A stretch of DNA of 64,000 nt from Minisyncoccota bacterium (GTDB lineage Bacteria > Patescibacteriota > Minisyncoccia > Phycocordibacterales > PALSA-1337). The stretch lies in NCBI GenBank assembly GCA_041663145.1, contig JBAZRG010000001.1:10467-74466 (forward strand), in the 5' to 3' direction. This document shows positions 1 to 8,177 of the stretch, piece by piece. The first letter of the stretch is position 1. Each line of letters begins with the position of its first letter. Below the pieces are notes generated by a model that saw only the letters and a list, made by a program, of their open reading frames with translations, had not been told where the DNA came from and did not search any database. Made by a program: the position numbers and the translations under genes.

Positions 1-61
1 TCAAGCTTGATCGGAATTAAAAAAAACTCCCCGACAAGTCGAGGAGTTGATTCCATCTGAT

Positions 62-451
62 TTACCCACTCATTGCAAACAAGATTGCGAAACAAATGAG
101 AAATGCAACTGCAAGGAGTAATGTGTGCCGTAAACTTGATTTATATATCTGAAGTTCCAGTTCACGCCCTTTGCTGGGCATCTTGAGGGAGGGAATGATC
201 TCGTCGACGAGAAGTCCCAAACCGTAGCCGAAGAAGATGATGACAGGAGTATTTCTACCCAGGAAAACCATCCAGAGTCCAGATATGATGATAAACAAGA
301 GACCCCAGTGGCCGTGATGAATCTGTAGACCCGTACGCGTACGCAGGGGAGTAGTGAAGAACGCTTGGAGGTTCGTCATGAAATGCCAGCGCTCATAGAT
401 GATCGGTGCCACAAAAGCACCCAAAAATAGCAAGAACACGATTGTAGTCAT
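62..451 (-). CDS. hypothetical small integral membrane protein
   Basis: 129-aa ORF with several hydrophobic helices. Hairpin plus T-run on the minus strand at ~15-48 could be its terminator. Confidence 0.45.
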   Translation of the reverse strand: MTTIVFLLFLGAFVAPIIYERWHFMTNLQAFFTTPLRTRTGLQIHHGHWGLLFIIISGLWMVFLGRNTPVIIFFGYGLGLLVDEIIPSLKMPSKGRELELQIYKSSLRHTLLLAVAFLICFAILFAMSG

Positions 452-521
452 AGATCTGAAAATACTCTACGTTATATAAATAGTGATGTCAAAACATGCA
501 TATCGTTCTTCTTTTTTGTTA

Positions 522-1010
522 TTAGTTAGTGAATACCGGTATTCTGTAGTCATATGTATTCGGTGTACTGCCGATTCTTGCGCAGGCACCAATGCCATCA
601 GTTCCGTTTTCACGATCAGTCGCTTCTAATTCTGCATACAAATAATAACTTTGATCATTTACATTCCAATATATGTAATCTTGATAAGTATTGGCGTAGA
701 CTGGATCTAGAGGTACTTTTGGCATCCATTCTCCAATATCGGTTTGAAAATTCGTACCCCAATTGTTAAGAGGATTGGAGATCTGAGTACACCAACCAGA
801 GCCTTGGGGATAATTACCATTCTTACTATAATACAATTCAATTGCCAAAGAGATCTGTTTCAGATTTTGCATTCTGGTCGCATCTCTGGCTTTTGCTCTG
901 GCTGTATTTACGCTTGCAAACACTACACTTGAAAGCAGTCCGATTATTGAGGTGACTACAAGCAATTCTATAAGAGTAAATCCTCTTCTGTTTTTGGGAT
1001 TTGGGGGCAT
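522..1010 (-). CDS. type IV pilin-like protein (prepilin-type N-terminal cleavage/methylation domain)
   Basis: N-terminus MPPNPKNRRGFTLIELLVVTSIIGLL is the canonical G|FTLIE prepilin motif followed by a hydrophobic helix. Confidence 0.75.
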   Translation of the reverse strand: MPPNPKNRRGFTLIELLVVTSIIGLLSSVVFASVNTARAKARDATRMQNLKQISLAIELYYSKNGNYPQGSGWCTQISNPLNNWGTNFQTDIGEWMPKVPLDPVYANTYQDYIYWNVNDQSYYLYAELEATDRENGTDGIGACARIGSTPNTYDYRIPVFTN

Positions 1011-1117
1011 GTACTATTATTAAGCAATATTTAAATAATAACACATAAGTATATTGTTTCGCAGAATATTCTCGGAATGCAAATAAGAGTGTGTGTGGTT
1101 ATCATACATTATTAAAA

Positions 1118-1160
1118 ATGGGCGACCCCTACAAAGAAGGGTCGCCCGGAGGCAATGAGC
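1118..1160 (-). terminator. intrinsic terminator-like hairpin (minus strand)
   Basis: GGCGACCCC-loop-GGGGTCGCC stem preceded on the + strand by an A-run, which is a T-run on the minus strand. Confidence 0.4.
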
Positions 1161-1624
1161 ACTAATTACTATCACTATCGGCGAAGAGAACAGATCCTTA
1201 CCTGCCGAAACCGGAATCAGTCCGGTAATGAATGACTTCTGAGACACACCTAAATGTACATCAGCAGTCACGGCAATCGGTATGATTCATCGACAATGAC
1301 ATTCTATCGGAGGCGGCACAAGTAACTGATCGCGCCTGTCATTGCAATGAAAGACCAATTTGGATACGCATAAGGAAAACCAAATGCTTGCGACATGGTC
1401 GCCGTATCCGTCTAAACGCTCCTTTCGAAAAAGTGTTTTAAAAGAGCGAATTCGGAATCCGTTAACATTCACCGTGATTTATCCTAACACGGGTATTTAT
1501 TTTTGCAATAAAAAACCATCTTCGTGGTATGATATTTTCATGAAGATAACACTTTTAGGCATGAAGCCTACGATCTTGAAGGGTGATTTGGAGTTGATTA
1601 AATAGTTTTAAATTTACGATTTTA

Positions 1625-1653
1625 TTGACACTTATTAAAAGTGGTAGTACAAT
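1625..1653 (+). promoter_or_regulatory. sigma70-like promoter TTGACA-N17-TACAAT
   Basis: ttgaca cttattaaaagtggtag tacaat read directly, with 17-nt spacing. Confidence 0.45.
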
Positions 1654-1705
1654 ATAGTTTAGGATGAGTATTTTGGGAATAAAATCTAGACGAAAGGAAA
1701 AATGA

Positions 1706-1909
1706 ATGAATATAAGTGAGTTTCGACAGACCTGCAGGCTTAGAGTTCAAGTTAAGGGTGGTGAACCCAGAGATATCGTATTACGCCTCGCTCACCAAGA
1801 TTCACAGGGACTCAACGATCGTCCGGTCGGGGAACGTGTGCATTTCGATGGTCAATGGTATGATTCCGCGGACGTTAAAGTTCTCGAACTCCTTCCCTGG
1901 ATAAAGTGA
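1706..1909 (+). CDS. hypothetical small protein (67 aa) in a self-contained promoter-terminator unit
   Basis: ATG preceded by aaaggaaaaatga. Lies between the 1625 promoter and the 1927 terminator. The region is locally GC-richer than its flanks. No family recognised. Confidence 0.35.
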   Translation: MNISEFRQTCRLRVQVKGGEPRDIVLRLAHQDSQGLNDRPVGERVHFDGQWYDSADVKVLELLPWIK

Positions 1910-1926
1910 CGAGTAAATGTAGATCA

Positions 1927-1962
1927 GGAGCTATGTGGAATCATCCGCTTAGCTCCTTTTTG
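1927..1962 (+). terminator. Rho-independent terminator
   Basis: GGAGCTA-loop-TAGCTCC followed by TTTTTG. Confidence 0.5.
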
Positions 1963-2092
1963 ATTCCAGTGCAGTATATTATCATCATATTTGATTGGGG
2001 CAAGATAGGGGAAAGATTGATCAGTCGAGCTTTTGACAATAAATATATTGTGGCGTAATCTGAAAATAGATCTGAAACTTTAAAATCAAATT

Positions 2093-3022
2093 ATGAAACA
2101 TATATTGCGCTCACAGCAGTTCGATAGATCCGCTTTGGAAAAACTGTTCTCGGCAACCGATGAACTTGGTCATGTGTATGATAATCCTGCAGGAAAAAAA
2201 GAGATAAGAAAATCCTGTGAAGGGAGACTTCTGTTCGCGATCTTTTACGAAGCGTCAACACGAACCAGATTTTCCTTCTGTTCGGCAGCTCATCATATCG
2301 GTATGGCTTCTGTTCAAACCGAGAACGCCAGAGAATTCTCTTCGGCTGTTAAAGGCGAAACGCTCGAGGACACAATAAATGTCCTTTGTCAGTACGATCC
2401 GGATATCATCGTCCTGCGTCATCATGAGACGGGTGGGGCAGATCGAGCAGCTGCCGTGATTGATCGCAATAATTACGAAGTATCAATTATCAATGCTGGC
2501 GACGGTAAGGGCCAACATCCCACACAGGCTTTGCTCGACTTATACACGATCAGACGTGAGCTTGGCAAGATTGACGGCATTACAGTTACAGTCGGAGGTG
2601 ACCTTGCAAACGGAAGAACTGTTAGGTCGCTGGTCTACCTGCTTACGAAGTTCAAGGACGTCAAGTTTATTTTTCTCTCGCCGGCAAATCTCAAAATGAG
2701 AGATGACATCATCGGCCACCTTCACGAGCATAGTGTTTCTTTCAAAGAAACTGAGAACGTCGAGGAAGCCTTGAAAGATGCTGATGTGGCTTATTGGACT
2801 CGTGTTCAGACCGAACGAGGAAGCATCAATACAACGCTCAATCTCTCTTTGGGGCTATCTGAAATGAAATACATGAAGCAAGGCTCAATATTACTTCATC
2901 CGCTTCCGAGGATCGACGAAATAGCCAAAGAAGTTGATAATGACACGAGAGCCGCCTATTTTCGACAAGTACGTAACGGCATGCTCATCAGAATGTCGCT
3001 TCTCAAGGGGTTGTGCGTCTGA
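2093..3022 (+). CDS. pyrB: aspartate carbamoyltransferase catalytic subunit
   Basis: STRTR carbamoyl-phosphate motif, HPTQ and HPLP motifs; 309 aa. Confidence 0.85.
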   Translation: MKHILRSQQFDRSALEKLFSATDELGHVYDNPAGKKEIRKSCEGRLLFAIFYEASTRTRFSFCSAAHHIGMASVQTENAREFSSAVKGETLEDTINVLCQYDPDIIVLRHHETGGADRAAAVIDRNNYEVSIINAGDGKGQHPTQALLDLYTIRRELGKIDGITVTVGGDLANGRTVRSLVYLLTKFKDVKFIFLSPANLKMRDDIIGHLHEHSVSFKETENVEEALKDADVAYWTRVQTERGSINTTLNLSLGLSEMKYMKQGSILLHPLPRIDEIAKEVDNDTRAAYFRQVRNGMLIRMSLLKGLCV

Positions 3023-3142
3023 ATTTGATACAGTTGTATCCCAGCCTGTGGCATTGTCACTGGTTGGGATTTTTATATATACCAGCTGAATTATTAATAA
3101 TGATGAGTATTCGGAAATTTTGAGGTCTGATACAATATAGAG

Positions 3143-4093
3143 ATGAAAAATTCAATTACAATATTTGGTCTAGGTAGGATGGGGGCGCAGATCGCAAGGC
3201 GGCTTCACAAGAAAGGCTTCAAGGTCGTCGCTTGGAATCGTTCGATCGAACCAGTTACGGCTATGAAAAAGTCTGGTGTGTATGCTACGAACGATCTAGC
3301 TGAAGCTGTCGAAAAATCAAGCAAAGCGGGCTCAAAAAAGACTCGGAGAATATTTTGGGTCATGTTGCCCCATGCAATAGTCGATGAATTTATCTTTGAT
3401 AAAAAACACCTGGGTGGATATTTGATGGCCGGTGATATCGTCATAGATGGAGGCAATTCTTTTTACAAAGAAAGCATGAGACGTGCCAAGAAACTCAAGG
3501 CTCGAGGCGTTCATTTTTTTGATTGTGGTACTTCTGGCGGTGTCTGGGGAGAGAAGAACGGTTTTGCCCTCATGGTTGGCGGAGAGAAAGAGAAGTGGCC
3601 TCTTTTGCAACCATTCATCAAGGCTCTTTCGGCCGGTGATAATTTCGCATATTTGGGAAAGGCTGGTGCCGGACATTTTACCAAAATGGTTCATAACGGT
3701 ATCGAATACGGCATGATGGAAGCGATCGGCGAGGGTTATGCGGTTTTGAATGCCAGCCCATTCAAACTAAATTTATCTGACGTTACTCGAGTATACCAAA
3801 ATGGTTCGGTTGTAAGAAGTTGGCTCATCGATCTCGTTCGAAATATTTTCGATCATGAAGATGTAAAGGGAACTCAGGGAAAAATAGATGCCAATGGTGA
3901 AGGGGAGTGGACGGTAAAAACAGGCAAAGAACTAGGTGTCGATGTGCGTGTCATCGAAGATGCTTGTAATGTCAGGGTAGAGTCTGCCAATCCGATCAAT
4001 CAAAAGAAATATTCCAATAAGATCGTAGCATTGTTACGTAAACAATTTGGCGGACATGCCATATATGGTGGCAAGAAAAAGACTAATAAATAA
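3143..4093 (+). CDS. gnd: 6-phosphogluconate dehydrogenase (decarboxylating)-like, short form
   Basis: N-terminal Rossmann motif IFGLGRMGAQIARRL; GDIVIDGGNSFY motif typical of 6PGDH. Confidence 0.7.
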   Translation: MKNSITIFGLGRMGAQIARRLHKKGFKVVAWNRSIEPVTAMKKSGVYATNDLAEAVEKSSKAGSKKTRRIFWVMLPHAIVDEFIFDKKHLGGYLMAGDIVIDGGNSFYKESMRRAKKLKARGVHFFDCGTSGGVWGEKNGFALMVGGEKEKWPLLQPFIKALSAGDNFAYLGKAGAGHFTKMVHNGIEYGMMEAIGEGYAVLNASPFKLNLSDVTRVYQNGSVVRSWLIDLVRNIFDHEDVKGTQGKIDANGEGEWTVKTGKELGVDVRVIEDACNVRVESANPINQKKYSNKIVALLRKQFGGHAIYGGKKKTNK

Positions 4094-4096
4094 AAA

Positions 4097-4765
4097 ATGA
4101 ATCTCATAAAATCAACAGATTCGAATGAAGGAGCACCATTGCTCGCAAATAGGATCATAGATTCGCTTGTGGCAAGCAAAAAAGTTTTATGGCTAATAGC
4201 TGGCGGATCAAATATACCAATAGCGGTTTCGGTGATGAATATGATAAAGAAATCAGCGGTCAATATCGACTTTCAAAATCTGACGATTGCTCTTACAGAT
4301 GAACGTTATGGTCCAGTTGGTCATCCAGATTCCAATTGGCAACAACTTATCGATCATGGTTTTGATTTTAATGGAGTAAGATCCGTTCCCATTCTCAAGG
4401 GTCGTAGTCTCGAAGAAACGGCGATTGGATATGATAAGTACATAAGGTCAATTTTTGAAAGTGTCGAAGTTGTCATTGCTCAATTTGGTATTGGAGCTGA
4501 TGGTCACATAGCTGGTATATTACCTCATTCACCTGCAGTCGATTGTACTGACATCGTCACTGGTTATGTCACCGATAATTTCACCAGAATTACGCTTACA
4601 CCGATTGCTCTACGTAAAATAAATTATGCTTTTGTTTTCGCTTTTGGTGAATCGAAACTTGAAGCTATGAAAAACATTCGAGAGAACAAAATGACTCTTG
4701 CCGATGAGCCTGCCGGCATATTAAATACTTTACCTGAGGTTTACATTTTCAGTGGGTTGGAGTAG
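4097..4765 (+). CDS. pgl: 6-phosphogluconolactonase / glucosamine-6-phosphate isomerase family
   Basis: GADGHIAGILP motif (GxDGHxAS family signature); adjacent to gnd. Confidence 0.65.
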   Translation: MNLIKSTDSNEGAPLLANRIIDSLVASKKVLWLIAGGSNIPIAVSVMNMIKKSAVNIDFQNLTIALTDERYGPVGHPDSNWQQLIDHGFDFNGVRSVPILKGRSLEETAIGYDKYIRSIFESVEVVIAQFGIGADGHIAGILPHSPAVDCTDIVTGYVTDNFTRITLTPIALRKINYAFVFAFGESKLEAMKNIRENKMTLADEPAGILNTLPEVYIFSGLE

Positions 4766-4784
4766 ATATTCACATACATAGACC

Positions 4785-4957
4785 CCAACATAATGTTCCA
4801 GCTAGCTTGGTGAACATTGTCCCTCAGCTCCTCGCAAGGTCACCCACTCCAAATTGCAACCATATTTGAATAGACGTAACTATTCAAATATGGGCAATTT
4901 GTTCGGGGTTCAAATCGCATTGCTCGTCGCTGACGAACAATGTTCACCAAGCTAGTG
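4785..4957. repeat. intergenic palindromic repeat element, copy 1 (terminal inverted repeats plus covarying central hairpin)
   Basis: Terminal inverted repeats ...tagcttggtgaacattgt / acaatgttcaccaagcta. Conserved core gcaaggtcacccactccaaattgcaacc ... gggcaatttgttcggggttcaaatc. Central hairpin catatttgaatag-acgtaa-ctattcaaatatg. Confidence 0.8.
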
Positions 4958-5029
4958 AAAATATTGTGTGATTTCTCTGGCAAAAATACTATTTAGTATC
5001 AAAATATCTAATCAAATTTCTGTAAATAA

Positions 5030-5062
5030 AAAACCACTATCGTCTGTCACACGATAGTGGTC
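5030..5062 (-). terminator. intrinsic terminator downstream of the ABC exporter gene
   Basis: CCACTATCGT-loop-ACGATAGTGG preceded on the + strand by an A-run (T-run on minus). Confidence 0.5.
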
Positions 5063-5083
5063 TGCATCAATTATTTAAGAGTA

Positions 5084-6922
5084 TTACTCGATGCTCAGTC
5101 TAGCCTTGTCTTTTGTCAGAAGAGAAGAGTACTTACCATGCTTGGAAAGTAGTTCATCGTGTGTTCCGCTCTCGACCAATTCTCCATTGTCCAAGACAAG
5201 TATGTTATCGGCATTTTTTGCTCGTGAGACGTGTTGTGTCACGATGATCATTGTGGTGTCTTTTTGAGCGAAGATTTTATCCATCAATCGTTCCGAAGCT
5301 TCTGGATCAAGCTTCGCATCAGGCTCATCTAGGATGAATATCGGCGTACCGCGGTATTTAGCTCGTGCCAGAGCGAGTCTTTGCTCTTCGCCTCCAGAGA
5401 ATTCCCGTCCATCGAATTCTGTGCCGATTTGAGAATCGAATCCTTTGGGGTCACCGTCGACTATGGGAGTGAATTCGGCGAATGATGCAGATTCACGTAC
5501 CTTTTCCATGTCGATGCTTTCTTCTAGTCTTGAGGACGCAATCTCCGAGCCTATAGTGCGTTCCATGATGGCAAAATTTTGCAATAACGCACAAGCTGTT
5601 TTGCTCCAAACTGTAGGTGCAATGTTGTTCAAGTTCAAATCACCTATGTGAATACTTCCGCTTGTCGGATCATAGTGCCGGAGCAAGAGTCCGATTAACG
5701 ATGATTTACCGCTACCGTTTGTCCCGACAATTGCCACTTTGGATCTGGGCCGGATCGTGAAAGATACGTTTCTTAGTACCAACACGTCTTTGTCGGGATA
5801 TGAAAACGATACATTGTTGAAATATATCGTCGGTGGACCAGTGAATTCTGGATCAACAGGGTTTACTGTCGAGAGTAGAGGTTTCAAGGCGAAATATTCT
5901 TCCTCGATCATGACCATGCCTTTGGCACTTTGCCATTGAGTCGCAATCTGCAGAACTATGTCTCTGATCGATGATTGTAGTCGTCTGGACGAACCTATAA
6001 TGACTGTGAGTGCACCCAAGTCTCCGCCAATAGAGAGTGTTCCCCAAACGGAGTGAAGGAGTACGATACTCAAACCCGCCATAGCAAAAAGGTATGCACC
6101 TAGACTTATCTGTAAGTTTTGCCAGCGTGCTTCAAGTACCGATTTGAGGACATGATCTTGATTGTCCTTGATCTGTTTCGAGAGTGTGGGAAGTTGATTG
6201 AACATCAGTCCTTGCAAGAATGATGTGGTCCCAAAGAACGCCTGTTGTAACACACTGCGACGTTTGTGATGTGGAATTAGTTCAAGCGACAGTTTCCACA
6301 TTCGACTTACGGCGGCAAACTCAGCGAAGACCATGGGTATGGACATAGCCAAGATGATGCAGACATAAATAGGATGTGTAGTTAAAAGCGAAATCCCAAA
6401 CACTACTAATCCTATCACCGCACTTAATGATTCAATCATTTCGCCTGCAAATGAGATGCGTGTACCCCAACTTTCGGGTAATTCATCGATTTTCTTTTCT
6501 ATGTCGTCATAGGTCTTGCTCCTTTTGCGTGCAATATCTAGTGAAGCACGCAGGTCATTCATTTCTTGGTTATTAGCCAACCGAAGAACATGTCTTTGTC
6601 GTTGAACTATAAATGACCGGAATTTCTGCAAGACAATCTCGATGAACAATGCCACAATAAACATCAGGACGGGCAGGAAATATCCGCCGCCAACGAACTC
6701 TTTCAATGTGATCGGGCTCTGACGGGGATTTGTTAGCTGAAGTTGTATGGAACTAATGAGCTCGCCCATGAGCAATATCATGACGTAGCCGAGAAGTGTC
6801 TGAGCAACAATTAACCCTGCAATTGTGATGGTGTCCTTGCGGTTGTTTCGGAAACAGAACGCAAATGAGTATCTCGAAGCTTTTTGAACTGTCGAGATAG
6901 CATCTAACAGACGTTTTTTCAT
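5084..6922 (-). CDS. ABC transporter, fused permease/ATP-binding (ABCB-type exporter)
   Basis: N-terminal 6-TM domain; Walker A GTNGSGKSSL; signature LSGGEEQRLALARA; Walker B ILDEPDAKLD. Confidence 0.85.
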   Translation of the reverse strand: MKKRLLDAISTVQKASRYSFAFCFRNNRKDTITIAGLIVAQTLLGYVMILLMGELISSIQLQLTNPRQSPITLKEFVGGGYFLPVLMFIVALFIEIVLQKFRSFIVQRQRHVLRLANNQEMNDLRASLDIARKRSKTYDDIEKKIDELPESWGTRISFAGEMIESLSAVIGLVVFGISLLTTHPIYVCIILAMSIPMVFAEFAAVSRMWKLSLELIPHHKRRSVLQQAFFGTTSFLQGLMFNQLPTLSKQIKDNQDHVLKSVLEARWQNLQISLGAYLFAMAGLSIVLLHSVWGTLSIGGDLGALTVIIGSSRRLQSSIRDIVLQIATQWQSAKGMVMIEEEYFALKPLLSTVNPVDPEFTGPPTIYFNNVSFSYPDKDVLVLRNVSFTIRPRSKVAIVGTNGSGKSSLIGLLLRHYDPTSGSIHIGDLNLNNIAPTVWSKTACALLQNFAIMERTIGSEIASSRLEESIDMEKVRESASFAEFTPIVDGDPKGFDSQIGTEFDGREFSGGEEQRLALARAKYRGTPIFILDEPDAKLDPEASERLMDKIFAQKDTTMIIVTQHVSRAKNADNILVLDNGELVESGTHDELLSKHGKYSSLLTKDKARLSIE

Positions 6923-7045
6923 TAACTATCCTTTTTGTTTGTGATTTGCTGAAAACTTAATTTGTCAAAGAAGCCAAGTAGTATTATATCATGCGTATAG
7001 GCATATAGTCAACTTTAGCGGGTTCAATAGCTTGGAAACACCCCA

Positions 7046-7231
7046 TCAACATAATGTGGAATAGCTCGGTGAACATTGTCCCTCAGCTCCTCGCAAGGTC
7101 ATCACTCTCAAATTGAAGCCATGTTTCAGCAGATGGAACTACTGAAACATGGGCAATTTGTTCGGGGTTCAAATCGCATTGCTCGTCGCTGACGAACAAT
7201 GTTCACCAAGCTAGTGGGAACATTATGTTGA
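7046..7231. repeat. intergenic palindromic repeat element, copy 2
   Basis: Same terminal inverted repeats and core as copy 1. Central hairpin catgtttcagcag-atggaa-ctactgaaacatg, with compensatory changes relative to copy 1. Confidence 0.8.
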
Positions 7232-7274
7232 GGTATTTATGAGTAGTTACATCTGTACTTATCCACAGTATTCT

Positions 7275-7304
7275 TTGACAGGTGAACGGCTGTTCACCTA
7301 TACT
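7275..7304 (+). promoter_or_regulatory. promoter TTGACA-N18-TATACT with a perfect 18-bp palindrome (candidate LexA/SOS operator) as spacer
   Basis: ttgaca GGTGAACggctGTTCACC tatact. The GAAC-N4-GTTC core resembles the Cheo-type SOS box. Lies upstream of lexA. Confidence 0.5.
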
Positions 7305-7361
7305 GTTATGGCAATAAGAGAGGGATCATTATTAAATAAGACTAATAATTACCACAAAAAT

Positions 7362-7565
7362 ATGAGCAAGCAACAAGTCATCAGAACTATCAGATCCGAG
7401 ATCGATAGACTCAATCGAGAGATTGATCTTCGCATCATCAAAGGCGCTTCTTACAGGCGTGAGGCGCTCCGGCACAAATTCTTGATGGCTGAGCTTGCTC
7501 GGTTGGCACCAAAGAGGTCGTGGTTCGCAAGGTCCCTCAGTTTTGCATCGATGTTTCTATTCTGA
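7362..7565 (+). CDS. hypothetical small protein (67 aa) co-oriented upstream of lexA
   Basis: In-frame ATG downstream of the promoter at 7275. Charged helical N-terminus and hydrophobic C-terminus SWFARSLSFASMFLF. The ORF-track start at 7239 overlaps the promoter and is rejected. Confidence 0.3.
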   Translation: MSKQQVIRTIRSEIDRLNREIDLRIIKGASYRREALRHKFLMAELARLAPKRSWFARSLSFASMFLF

Positions 7566-7575
7566 TTTTAAGACA

Positions 7576-8139
7576 ATGCAAAATTACAAACAAAAAATAA
7601 TAAATTTCTATAAGAGTACAAAACGAATGCCTTCGTATGCGGAGATCATGACTCTTTTGGGTTTCAAATCTAAAAATGCCGTATACAAATTAGTCAATAA
7701 ATTAGTCGGAGAAGGAATACTAGAGAAGGATTCAACGGGTCGTCTCATTCCAAATAAGCTCATAGGCGAGGTGCCTCTTCTCGGGTTAGTTGAAGCTGGA
7801 TTTCCGAGTGCAGCTGAAGAAGAATTGGTAGATACGATGAATCTCGATGACTATCTCATCGAAAACAAAGAAGCCACATATCTTCTAGAAGTAAAAGGTG
7901 ATTCCATGATAGATGCAGGCATTCAAGAAGGCGATTTGGTCATAGCTGAACGACGTAACAATCCGAAAGATGGCGATATTGTCATTGCTGAGGTTGATGG
8001 CGGTTGGACTATGAAATATTTTCGTAAAAAAGGCACTACGATATTTTTGGAACCCGCTAACAGTGCATACAAACCTATATATCCAACGACAGATCTCAAG
8101 GTCGCTGCGATTGTCAAAGGAGTTGTGAGAAAATATTAA
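7576..8139 (+). CDS. lexA: LexA repressor (S24 peptidase)
   Basis: N-terminal wHTH (SYAEIMTLLGFKSKNAVYKLVNKL); cleavage site VEAGFP; catalytic GDSM serine and TMKYF lysine. Start taken at the internal ATG. Confidence 0.8.
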   Translation: MQNYKQKIINFYKSTKRMPSYAEIMTLLGFKSKNAVYKLVNKLVGEGILEKDSTGRLIPNKLIGEVPLLGLVEAGFPSAAEEELVDTMNLDDYLIENKEATYLLEVKGDSMIDAGIQEGDLVIAERRNNPKDGDIVIAEVDGGWTMKYFRKKGTTIFLEPANSAYKPIYPTTDLKVAAIVKGVVRKY

Positions 8140-8177
8140 AATTCATCGAGTACGATCTCGATCGTGTAAACTGTTTC

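Noticed and set aside
4905-4920. GGTTCAAATC inside every repeat copy looks like a tRNA T-loop
   Set aside because: There is no complementary T-stem, acceptor stem or anticodon arm. The motif is part of the repeat core, not a tRNA or tmRNA.
5445-6047. Small ORFs inside and antisense to the ABC exporter
   Set aside because: Overlap a gene with intact Walker/signature motifs; no promoter or RBS.
7239-7361. ORF-track start at 7239 for the 108-aa ORF
   Set aside because: The first 23 codons overlap the TTGACA / palindrome / TATACT promoter itself. A start downstream of the -10 (7362) is the only one compatible with that promoter.
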